Shown here: positions 55,530 through 64,000 of the stretch, piece by piece | Layout: the number at the start of each line of letters is the position of its first letter | Numbering within the stretch: the stretch's first letter is position 1 | Source: a bacterium | Lineage (GTDB): Bacteria; UBA8248 | Reading direction: 5' to 3' | Assembly (NCBI GenBank): GCA_965202625.1 | Contig: CBDBBI010000010.1 | Span: 1,345,489 to 1,409,488, forward strand | DNA: 64,000 bases | Notes under the pieces: generated by a model | Database searches by the model: none | Told to the model about the DNA's origin: nothing | What the model saw: the letters and a program-made list of their open reading frames with translations, nothing else | Made by a program: the position numbers and the translations under genes

Positions 55530-57380
55530 CTAATCTTTCCATAATTTTGCATCCGTCGAACAGAACATGTCCACCCATTCTGAACGCCAGTTTTTACCAC
55601 CCCGATAATAACGATACGCAAATGCGCTTACCGCTTCTTGCGTCTCGCTATCCTCCCACCACGAATCCACGTCAGGCCAGACGGCGTTCAAATGTCTCGC
55701 CGCGCTCTCCGGAGATGAGTGATGCACTTTCACTTCTCTCAATTTTTCGATATCGGACTTCGCATCACGCGAAACCCTCCAAACATTTTCGTTCCAGAAA
55801 AAAATAGTGGGTATGCCCGCCGCCATCGTGAATGCCGCAGTTGTCCCCATGTAAGGGAGAACGCAAACCCTGCATTGGGCTAACGCAGGGGACATCCGAC
55901 CAGATAGGAGCCCCACCAATTTCTCGGTGAGTATTTGGACGCCAGAGCACTTTTCCTGCACGTAGCGCTGGACATATCGAAGGCCAACCGCTGTGGGATG
56001 AGGCTTGTAAAACAAAGTGGAGCGAAGGGCATCGTTTAGGTGACGGATGAAATGCACCTCGTCCACCATATGTTGCGGGATGTCTTCGGGCAGATGATCC
56101 GTTGCCAGCAATTTTGAATACACAATTAGGCACGAACCTATCAAAACGATGGATGAATTCCGCTTTCGACTTCGCTTTACTTTTGAAAGAAGGGGGGATG
56201 CGGCCGGCACTGCGGTTACTTGATAATCAGATTGAACCTCCCACCCCCACGATATGAATCTATCCGCCGCCTTATACTCGACAAGGTGGTACCAAGGATG
56301 CGCTTCCTTTAGGCCGTAACCTCCCCCATGCTGATTGACAACCAGACGGACAGGACGCCTCTCCAGCAGATTGGACACGTAGAATTTTGCTTGGTCGTCA
56401 GTCCCTAAAACAGGGCCACATGCGATGGTGTCCGTCCAAGGTGACGTCGCTTTTATCTTTACCAAAGCCTTTTTCTCGTTTGCTCGAAAATCATCCGTGA
56501 ACGCTTTGGGCATCGTTTCTTCAATGAGCCCATCCACAACCTGCAAGAAAATCTCGGCTTCTCTGGCGTCAATATCTTGAATGGATCCGATCTCTTCCAT
56601 GATGTCGTCTTTGGAGATACTCCCATTTTTCGCTTCAGATTTTTTCTGAAATGATTTTACGGCATCCTTACATCGTCTTGCGTTTCGAAATCGCATCCGA
56701 AGAGCCATATAAAAGCTATCGAATGGATTCAAGCCCTGTACTCTGAGAAACTGCACATATCCCAGATTAGAAGCCAAAATATGGGCCCAGTGGTAAATTT
56801 CCAATTTTCTGTTCGGCTTCTTGAACTTAGCATAGTTTTCTCGTGTGAATAGATTTGCATGCTCCTCCGGTGCAGGCGCGCCATCTCGCATCACCCATCC
56901 CGCCGGCCGATATGCGCGGAAAAAACGGCTGAAAATAAGCCGGTTCAGCGGATCCTGGAATATCAGATAATCAAAATGGGATGTCGTAACCGAGGAGAGG
57001 CTTTCATCCTGAGGCGCGAGATATACCAGATATGGGGTGTTGCTCTTTAGCTGATTGCGGATTCGCAAAAACCGCTCAAAAGAACATATGACTACCCTCA
57101 AAAGCCATCCCATCAACAATATGCGCCAATATCGCTTGGAATAAGAACGTCGGTGCCTTTCGTTTTGCAGATGTCTCAATTTGGCGACGTAAAATTCACA
57201 AACCCTCTCCAGCTTTTGCGAGACGGGCAAAATATCCTCATGCTTGATCACTCGGCGGATTCCATGTTTTTCCCATCCCCACTGAAAAAACTGCGCATCT
57301 GAAAGGGACCACGGACCCAGATGCTCGGCTTCATATTCGCTTGAGATGGGATCCATTCTCGTAAGGATGAGTTGCTTCAA
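55530..57380 (-). CDS. LIC12162-family putative transferase
   Basis: YWRILLMGWL, QHGGGYG, FISWGW, YKPHP, TMAAGIPTIFFWN. Confidence 0.75.
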   Translation of the reverse strand: MKQLILTRMDPISSEYEAEHLGPWSLSDAQFFQWGWEKHGIRRVIKHEDILPVSQKLERVCEFYVAKLRHLQNERHRRSYSKRYWRILLMGWLLRVVICSFERFLRIRNQLKSNTPYLVYLAPQDESLSSVTTSHFDYLIFQDPLNRLIFSRFFRAYRPAGWVMRDGAPAPEEHANLFTRENYAKFKKPNRKLEIYHWAHILASNLGYVQFLRVQGLNPFDSFYMALRMRFRNARRCKDAVKSFQKKSEAKNGSISKDDIMEEIGSIQDIDAREAEIFLQVVDGLIEETMPKAFTDDFRANEKKALVKIKATSPWTDTIACGPVLGTDDQAKFYVSNLLERRPVRLVVNQHGGGYGLKEAHPWYHLVEYKAADRFISWGWEVQSDYQVTAVPAASPLLSKVKRSRKRNSSIVLIGSCLIVYSKLLATDHLPEDIPQHMVDEVHFIRHLNDALRSTLFYKPHPTAVGLRYVQRYVQEKCSGVQILTEKLVGLLSGRMSPALAQCRVCVLPYMGTTAAFTMAAGIPTIFFWNENVWRVSRDAKSDIEKLREVKVHHSSPESAARHLNAVWPDVDSWWEDSETQEAVSAFAYRYYRGGKNWRSEWVDMFCSTDAKLWKD

Positions 57381-57432
57381 TGCTTCTCTCCAAGCCTAAA
57401 GACAGGGAACAGGCGGGAGCAACCCACGCTCA

Positions 57433-58530
57433 TCAAGTGATAAAATGCGAATGATGAGACGCTCTCCCAAGCGCATCCCATGTCAATTCTTCGCCCGCTC
57501 GCATTCGGCGGGTTACTCGTCTTCCGATTACTCTATCCACTTCATATGGCGGGATGGCCCCTTGAGGAGCGGGTCTCAGAACTTCAATGTGTTCCCGCGC
57601 AATGACGGCCCCGACTTCCAAATCAGACCGAGCGCGCAAACATCTTCTTTGCAAAACCGCAGTGTCTCGCTCGTTCTCGCTTATCACCTTTTCCCTTCTT
57701 CCCAGAGCCAATTCCAATTCCCGGGTTCTATCGACCATCTCCCGCCAGGCATCAGGCGTCATCGAAAAGATATGATCGGGACCCCTTCGATTGACGTCAT
57801 CCGTAAAATGCTTCTCGACGATTCTCCCCCCCAACGCAATCGCCCCCAAAACCGTCGCATGGCCGGGCGTATGGTCAGACAAACCGAGGATCAACGAGGG
57901 ATAAAGCGCCCGGAACGCGCTCAAAACGTTCAGATGTATATGCTGAAAATTCTCCATTGACCCCGTATAGTTCGTGTTGCACTGGAGAAGCGCCAACTCT
58001 TCGTTGCGCCGCAAAATACACTTGACCGCCTGTTGGACGTCTTGCAAGTCCGAGGCGCCGGTTGCGAGCATGACGGGCTTTCCCTTTTCCGAAATCTTTT
58101 GGAGCATTTCATGCCATGTAATGTCTCCTGAGCCAATTTTATACACATCCACGTACGGCTCAAGAAAATCCACCGCCTCAAAATCATACGGAGATGAAAA
58201 AAAATCAATCCCTGCCTCATCACAGCAAATTTTAAGCGCCTCCGTCCATTCCCAGGGGAGGGAGGCGTCTTCATAAATCTCATATACCGACTTTTCCCAT
58301 GCAGCCTGATGGGACAACTTGTCCGCCATGGCGTCAAACCCATGTTCACTCACAATTTCAGGGGCGCGAAAATGTTGAAACTTCGCCGCGTCGGCCCCCG
58401 CCTCCTTCGCGAGATGAACAAGCCGCTTTGCGCGCTCAAGGCTACCATCATGGTTGGCTGCGATATCGGCGATGAAATATGTCGGATGGTCGTCTCCAAT
58501 CCATCGACCTCCAACACGGAAATTCGGCAT
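57433..58530 (-). CDS. neuB: NeuB-family nonulosonate synthase with SAF domain
   Basis: IADIAANHDG, KFQ, SSPYD, KIGSGD, GLSDH, EKHFT, DHIFS, LRPAP. Confidence 0.93.
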   Translation of the reverse strand: MPNFRVGGRWIGDDHPTYFIADIAANHDGSLERAKRLVHLAKEAGADAAKFQHFRAPEIVSEHGFDAMADKLSHQAAWEKSVYEIYEDASLPWEWTEALKICCDEAGIDFFSSPYDFEAVDFLEPYVDVYKIGSGDITWHEMLQKISEKGKPVMLATGASDLQDVQQAVKCILRRNEELALLQCNTNYTGSMENFQHIHLNVLSAFRALYPSLILGLSDHTPGHATVLGAIALGGRIVEKHFTDDVNRRGPDHIFSMTPDAWREMVDRTRELELALGRREKVISENERDTAVLQRRCLRARSDLEVGAVIAREHIEVLRPAPQGAIPPYEVDRVIGRRVTRRMRAGEELTWDALGRASHHSHFIT

Positions 58531-58548
58531 ATTCAGGAATCCCTCCAC

Positions 58549-59664
58549 TCACCCCAACAGACGATCGTAGGCGTCAAACAATTGCACGACGTTCTTCGTC
58601 CAGTTCGCCTGCTTTTCCACGAGCATCCTGTTTTCGAGAGACATCTTTTCTCTTTCCCGTCTTTTTTGATATGCCTGCAAAATCGTCTCGCCCAAAATTT
58701 CCGCATCTCCGGATGGATACAACCACCCGTTCTTCCCTGGAGCCACCCATTCCCGATTCCCGTATTCATCCACGACGACAACAGGAAGACCGCAACCCAT
58801 GGCTTCCAGCAGGCTCACCGACGTCCCATCGCTGAAAGTCGCGCTCACATACAAATCCGCCTCATTGAAATAATCCACCAATTGATGGTTGGGCATCTGG
58901 CCGGGTAGATGAATATAACGCGCGAGTTCATTCTCGTCTATAAACTTCTCCACCCTGGATCTTAAACTCCCGTCGCCGAGCATGATGACCCTTATGTTCG
59001 AGCGAGATTTTTTCGCCCGCTTTATCGCCTCCAAAAAAACGAAGGGCCCGTGAATCGGCTCAAACGCTCTTGTGCTGATGACGACGAAGAAATTTTCCCA
59101 ATTCAACTTTTTTCGCAATCCAATTTTTGACTTTCTGGGCGTGAACTGCTGCACGTCAATTCCCCAAGGGAAGAACACTACCTGCTCGTCTCTTAAAGGA
59201 GACAAGGATAACACCCGCTCTCGGACAGCATCGCAATCTCCCAAAACCATATCCGCGCGCTTCAGCGTGAATTTCGTTATCCAGCGCATCCACCGGTTTT
59301 TATCAGGAAAAACCAAAACGTCTGAACCCCATGACACGACGAGCAAGGGCGTTGACTTGCAAATGGAGGCTACAAAGGCGCCCGTCTGCACGGGGCCCGC
59401 ATGAATAAGGTCTGGCTTGCTTTCTCGAACACGTTCCCGAAATCGAAAAATCAGCCTTGCCCACTCAAAAATGCCTGGGGCGTCTTTATTTTTTAGCAAG
59501 GGTGGAAGTTTGTTGATCTTCTCAGGGAAAGGGCGAGATTCATACTGGAAGGAACTGTCAGCAAACGGCAAGAACCAAACGTCGCGCCCTGATTTCGCCA
59601 ACGCCTCCAAAAACCTTCTGTCGTGCGTCGAATATCCCTGTGATATGTAGAGGATTCTACTCAT
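58549..59664 (-). CDS. Glycosyltransferase family 4
   Basis: VVSWGSDV, PWGID, STRAFEPIHG, SDGTSVSLLEAMGCG. Confidence 0.92.
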   Translation of the reverse strand: MSRILYISQGYSTHDRRFLEALAKSGRDVWFLPFADSSFQYESRPFPEKINKLPPLLKNKDAPGIFEWARLIFRFRERVRESKPDLIHAGPVQTGAFVASICKSTPLLVVSWGSDVLVFPDKNRWMRWITKFTLKRADMVLGDCDAVRERVLSLSPLRDEQVVFFPWGIDVQQFTPRKSKIGLRKKLNWENFFVVISTRAFEPIHGPFVFLEAIKRAKKSRSNIRVIMLGDGSLRSRVEKFIDENELARYIHLPGQMPNHQLVDYFNEADLYVSATFSDGTSVSLLEAMGCGLPVVVVDEYGNREWVAPGKNGWLYPSGDAEILGETILQAYQKRREREKMSLENRMLVEKQANWTKNVVQLFDAYDRLLG

Positions 59665-60604
59665 TACAATAAGCCATCAACCAACCCGGCAAATGCCCTT
59701 TTAAGGATTCCACAAACCCCGTTCGCAAAGAATCGTGAAATTTTCTCACCCCATCCTCTATCGTTGGCATGGAGTGTCCAAGTAAATTCGATATTTTCTC
59801 AACGCGCAAAGTGGTGTTTTGGGGCCGTTTCGCAGCAAATGGAAACGCCACCACCGACGTCGGCGCAATGGACGTTGCATCCAGAACGAAAATATCCGCC
59901 AGCAGAACAGAAAACGCATGTTTCGAGCAGGCGTCAGAAGCACCCGCATGATATACGCCCTTCGCTCTTATATTCACCAACTCCAGAATGATCTGGGCCA
60001 AATCGCCCGCATACAGGGGCGCAAAATACACGTCCGTGAACATCCCCAGCGTTTCTTTTTGCAGCAACCCGCGCAATATCCACTCTCCCAAACTCAATTT
60101 ATCCTGAAAATTCCACCCGTATAGATTCGTTCTCAAGATCAAACTGTGCGGACAAACCGCGCGCACCACTTCCTCTCCCATGAGTTTCGATCGCGCGTAT
60201 GCGTTCAGAGGCCCCGGTGCATCCTCCTCTGAATACCGCCCCCGCGCGCCATCAAAAACCGAGTCGGTCGATACGTAAAGAAGAAACGACTTGTTGGCGT
60301 GAGCCCATTCCGCGAGGTTCGACGACGCGAGAACATTTTGCCTCTCAGCCAATTCCGGGTCTTTCTCGCACGCATCCACATTGGTCATCGCCGCGGCGTG
60401 AACGATGATGTCGGGCGCGATCTGGTTCAAACACCGATGGGCGGGGCCCTTTTCGGACAGATCGCATCGTATCCATTTCAAACGGGAAGAGCGGATAGGG
60501 ACGGAACGCGAGACGCCAAATACGCTATATTGTTTTTTCGTCGCACAAAAAATCAGATTGCTGCCCAACAGCCCACTCGCGCCTGTGACAAGCAGCTTAG
60601 AAAT
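59657..60604 (-). CDS. RmlD-like (dTDP-4-dehydrorhamnose reductase family) SDR with abnormal start (ATT or frameshift)
   Basis: SKLLVTGASGLLGSNL, HAAAMTNVDACE, VSTDSVFDG, YARSK; no ATG/GTG/TTG in frame upstream of the Rossmann motif. Confidence 0.8.
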   Translation of the reverse strand: MSKLLVTGASGLLGSNLIFCATKKQYSVFGVSRSVPIRSSRLKWIRCDLSEKGPAHRCLNQIAPDIIVHAAAMTNVDACEKDPELAERQNVLASSNLAEWAHANKSFLLYVSTDSVFDGARGRYSEEDAPGPLNAYARSKLMGEEVVRAVCPHSLILRTNLYGWNFQDKLSLGEWILRGLLQKETLGMFTDVYFAPLYAGDLAQIILELVNIRAKGVYHAGASDACSKHAFSVLLADIFVLDATSIAPTSVVAFPFAAKRPQNTTLRVEKISNLLGHSMPTIEDGVRKFHDSLRTGFVESLKGHLPGWLMAYCNE

Positions 60605-60716
60605 TTGGAATCACCCCCCAAGGCTCGGACATCATTACCCGGCCCGACGCGAAATTTATATTTCCCTTTCCCAGCCATATCGCGACAAGCGACAAGAAAG
60701 GAAATTCAGCCATCGC

Positions 60717-61403
60717 CTACGTGTTTTCCCGATAATCATACAAAGATTCCGCGATGTGCAGATGAATCGGCTCATCAATATCGAAGGCATGCGCCTCAGG
60801 AATTTTATATGGACTGAGGCGCTCTCCATAAAACGTTCTTTCCCTCTCAAGAGCATCAATTCTTGCGATGTAAAATGAGCCGCTATTCACAAACACTTCG
60901 GGTAGAAGCTGCTTCTGCCGAAAATACTCGCTTCCAAAAGCAGGCTTCAAAAACCCGTTTTCCTCGACAGAGGCCCAAAACGGCGAGTAGAAGTATTTCG
61001 TCACGGCCATCACAAAATCGCACGCCCCGTTTTCGAAAATCTCATGGCCTCCCCTGAGATCGTCTGGCCGGAGAAGAGCAGCGGTCGGGAAAATAACGCA
61101 AAGGCTGTCTATCTCCTTGTTGCATCTGCGCAACCAACCCACAAAATCAAGACTAACTTGGACGAGGGTGACGGAATCAGCCGCCAACTCAAGAGGGCGT
61201 TCATGGATGAGAGCGCCTGCATTTTTAGAGATTTCGCCGATAGCATCGTCATCGGTGGAGACCCATATATCCTCAAACAAACCCGATGCCGTTGCCGTCT
61301 CAATCGTATGCGCAATGAGCGGTTTATTCTTGAACAAAGCGATATTCTTTGAGGGAAACCTTTTTGATCTGCCGCGAGCCGGTATGAGGCAGGTTATTGC
61401 CAC
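60717..61403 (-). CDS. neuA: Acylneuraminate cytidylyltransferase (NeuA/PseF-like)
   Basis: LIPARGRSKRFPSKN, VSTDD, ERPLELA, NSGSFY, DIDEP. Confidence 0.92.
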   Translation of the reverse strand: MAITCLIPARGRSKRFPSKNIALFKNKPLIAHTIETATASGLFEDIWVSTDDDAIGEISKNAGALIHERPLELAADSVTLVQVSLDFVGWLRRCNKEIDSLCVIFPTAALLRPDDLRGGHEIFENGACDFVMAVTKYFYSPFWASVEENGFLKPAFGSEYFRQKQLLPEVFVNSGSFYIARIDALERERTFYGERLSPYKIPEAHAFDIDEPIHLHIAESLYDYRENT

Positions 61404-61565
61404 CGTCCTCTCCCCAAAATGTGCATGGTAATTACAATGGATTCAAATACAAAGAACGCCCATTTTAGATTTCACGTTGTTAAAATCATGGAGACCGCAC
61501 CACACGAGGACATCAACGCGCGCAAATCACATCAGCGGAAAACGACGCATTCACTCCAAGGTCCT

Positions 61566-62633
61566 TCAATCACTGAACAAGTCCGAAAGTTCCAAGCGGT
61601 GCCCCGGGGGCAAGTCTCTTTGCAGACGCGCGTCCGAGAGCCTTTCGAAGGTATCGGGCGCAAGCGCAAAACCCGGGCGGCGAAAGTCCACCTTCAAGTC
61701 CGAGAGCCTATCGCCTTTTTTGCCCCCCTCCACCAAGAAAACGCTGCGGCGCATCATCCGTCGCCTATCCAACTCCGCAGGCTTCATGACGCGCCGTGGA
61801 AGCCCCATCGCAATCTCGAGATCGCGCATCACGTGAATAAATTTTTTCACATCAGGAGGCTCCAGCGAAAACATGTACTCGGGGCCTCTAGTCGTTCGAT
61901 CAAAAGTGAGGGTTTTCTCTATTAAGTTTGCGCCAAGTGCCACCGCCGCGATGTCCATATCCCATCCCGGCGAATGATCGGAATAAGCGATCGGGAAGGG
62001 AAACATTTGTTTCAGCGTCTTAATGATGTTCAGATTGATGCTGGGGAGGCGCGCGGGGTAGCCAGAAGGGCATTGGTGAATAATGATGTTTTCATTATCT
62101 TCTTCTAAAATTGCTTCAACCGCATTCTCTACCTCTCCAATCGTGGAATTCCCCGTATCCAACTGCACGCACATGCCAGTTTTCGCAACCCGGCGAATTA
62201 ACGGCAAGTGATTCACGTCCGCAGACGCAATCTTAATCGAGTGACAACCTAATTTTTCCATTAAATCAACTTCTTCCTCAAAACCAATCGTCGCGAAAAA
62301 AGCCAGTCCCATGTCGTCACTATAGCTCTTCAATGCCGTCCATTCATCGTCGCTCATCGCTCTGCGACACATAATTTCATACAGCGATTCACTCACCGTC
62401 TCCGTCTTCTCGGTCGCCCTGTCGACCAACACGTCATATTCAATCTCTACCTTCCTATCCGAACATAAACGATCCGGATCCAAAACTTGAAACTTAATAG
62501 CGTCCGCCCCGCATTCAGCGGCAAGTTTCACCAGCTTCTTAGCCGAGTCCAAACCATCGTGGGTCGGGCCAGCCTCGAACGTTACAAAAACAGGGTGCCC
62601 ATCTCCTACCTGCCTATCGCCGAAATGTACCAT
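61566..62633 (-). CDS. Divergent NeuB-family synthase (TFEAGPTH subtype)
   Basis: TFEAGPTHDG, KFQ, KIASAD, CPSGYP, AYSDH, EKTLTFDR, RRPG. Confidence 0.88.
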   Translation of the reverse strand: MVHFGDRQVGDGHPVFVTFEAGPTHDGLDSAKKLVKLAAECGADAIKFQVLDPDRLCSDRKVEIEYDVLVDRATEKTETVSESLYEIMCRRAMSDDEWTALKSYSDDMGLAFFATIGFEEEVDLMEKLGCHSIKIASADVNHLPLIRRVAKTGMCVQLDTGNSTIGEVENAVEAILEEDNENIIIHQCPSGYPARLPSINLNIIKTLKQMFPFPIAYSDHSPGWDMDIAAVALGANLIEKTLTFDRTTRGPEYMFSLEPPDVKKFIHVMRDLEIAMGLPRRVMKPAELDRRRMMRRSVFLVEGGKKGDRLSDLKVDFRRPGFALAPDTFERLSDARLQRDLPPGHRLELSDLFSD

Positions 62634-63110
62634 CAACGAAACCCTCAAAGTTCATCATGCCTTGAAAACCGAGAACATCGCTCAGCCTTCAAAGGCAATA
62701 CAATAATACGTCCAGGAATTTTCCATATATTTGGCGCAAAAAATGGGGAGCAAACATCAGCACCCAATACCCCAGAAACCCTTTCGCAAAAACCACATCC
62801 CTAAGCAAATCCAAAAATGGTTTTCTTTTCTCTATCGCCTCCTTATGTCATGGCTCAATATCCAAACGCTTCTACTCTAGGTGCCACTATGGCTGAGGCG
62901 TATCGCAAGCCCGGGGGATGAGACATGACCTTCGGCTTCTTGCTGCTTGCCTCCAGCGCATCCGCTTATGGACCTTATATTCCCCGCTCCATAGCTCGAA
63001 TACCGCGATCATTATAAAATCACCCTTATTTTCGCCACAGAATCAGCATCCGCCTCAAAAGGCAAGGTTGCGCATCAAGCCGAAAACGGAGGCCAACGTC
63101 GAGGAAATTT

Positions 63111-64000
63111 TTAATCATCCTCTAGGCGAATCAATTTTTTCAACTCTTTTTGGCTAAGCCACTGCGCATTGGTGTCGCTCGCATAGACAAATCCATCCGG
63201 GGGAGAATGATCTTCGCAGTGCTCACGCCCGGCTTCTAAAAAGCGATTCGCCCGAATGACGTACATGTCATTGAGTTCAACAGAGTGTCCGGCCTCTTCA
63301 TTCGAAATGAGCACTTCGTGCAGCTTCTCGCCGGGCCGAATGCCGATGAAATCAATGCCGCAATCCGGAGCGACCGCCCGAGCCAATTCCATGATGCTCA
63401 TGCTCGGGATTTTGGGAACGAAAACCTCACCGCCTTCCATCTGTGAAATACAACGAATGACGAACTCCACGCCCTGCTCCAGAGTGAGCCAGAAACGGGT
63501 CATGCGTTCATCCGTCACGGTGATCCTTCCGCTCCGCCGCTGTTCACTGAAAACAGGGAGAACGCTTCCCCTGCTGCCCATAACGTTTCCATAGCGCGCA
63601 CACGAGAATATCGTCGGCCGTCGCCCCCCCTTCGCAGAATAGTTGTTGCCATGGACGAACATTTTCTCCGCGCACAACTTCGTCGCCCCATACAAATTGA
63701 TAGGATTCACCGCCTTGTCTGTGCTCAGGGCAAAAACTCTTTGGACTCCTCTGTCGATTGCGGAGTCAATCACGTTCTGCGCACCATAAATATTTGTTTT
63801 CACAGCCTCAAACGGATTGTACTCGCAGACGGGAACCTGCTTCAAAGCCGCCGCGTGAACGACGACATCCACCTCGTCAAACGCCCTGCATACCCTTTCT
63901 TTGTCTCTAACGTCCCCAATAAAATAGCGCAAGGGCGAGGTGGGTGAATCTGGAAACTGTTGACGCATCTCATGCTGCTTCAATTCATCACGGCTAAAAA
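63111..64000 (-). CDS. pseB: UDP-N-acetylglucosamine 4,6-dehydratase (inverting), 5' end outside window
   Basis: FSRDELKQ, FIGDVRD, HAAALKQVP, STDKAVNPINLYGATK, RYGNVMGSRGSV, GIRPGEKLHE. Confidence 0.95.
   Translation of the reverse strand, partial: FSRDELKQHEMRQQFPDSPTSPLRYFIGDVRDKERVCRAFDEVDVVVHAAALKQVPVCEYNPFEAVKTNIYGAQNVIDSAIDRGVQRVFALSTDKAVNPINLYGATKLCAEKMFVHGNNYSAKGGRRPTIFSCARYGNVMGSRGSVLPVFSEQRRSGRITVTDERMTRFWLTLEQGVEFVIRCISQMEGGEVFVPKIPSMSIMELARAVAPDCGIDFIGIRPGEKLHEVLISNEEAGHSVELNDMYVIRANRFLEAGREHCEDHSPPDGFVYASDTNAQWLSQKELKKLIRLEDD

Overview
Bacterial chromosomal window with two blocks. Block 1 (about 1-19.8 kb, visibly GC-rich) holds a GPP34/GOLPH3-like gene cut by the window edge, a GT4 and phhB. 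It then has an uptake/catabolic neighbourhood: TAXI-TRAP transporter, two orphan NMT1/SsuA-type binding proteins, cupin, tandem Gfo/Idh/MocA paralogues, sulfatase, three metallo-beta-lactamase-fold hydrolases, a beta-hydroxyacid dehydrogenase, an enolase-superfamily enzyme, a PPC protein and an alpha/beta hydrolase. Block 2 (about 19.8-64 kb, mostly minus strand and visibly less GC-rich beyond about 26 kb) is a very large surface-glycan locus continuing past the right edge. It has pseB, three NeuB-family synthases, five cytidylyltransferase domains (including NeuA-NeuB and GT2-NeuA fusions), aminotransferase/oxidoreductase/GNAT genes, a Wzy/WaaL-like protein, a Wzz-like co-polymerase, an ABC flippase-like exporter, an initiating phosphoglycosyltransferase, AsnB and a TupA-like ATP-grasp ligase. 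The most unusual element is a co-transcribed tailoring module at 50.7-55.5 kb: a nickel-pincer LarA-family racemase/epimerase, a PseA/WbpG-type N-acetyl-sugar amidotransferase, an amidase-signature enzyme sitting where HisH/HisF-like ammonia donors are normally found, and a SAM methyltransferase. The locus also shows remodelling: genes collapsed by internal deletions, a C13 tract inside an epimerase, and a G10 tract one base away from creating a three-domain fusion. A 62-bp structured repeat occurs twice, with substitutions that keep base pairing on one strand only. No rRNA, tRNA, CRISPR array or intact transposase was recognised. All assignments are from motif recognition by eye, not database searches.
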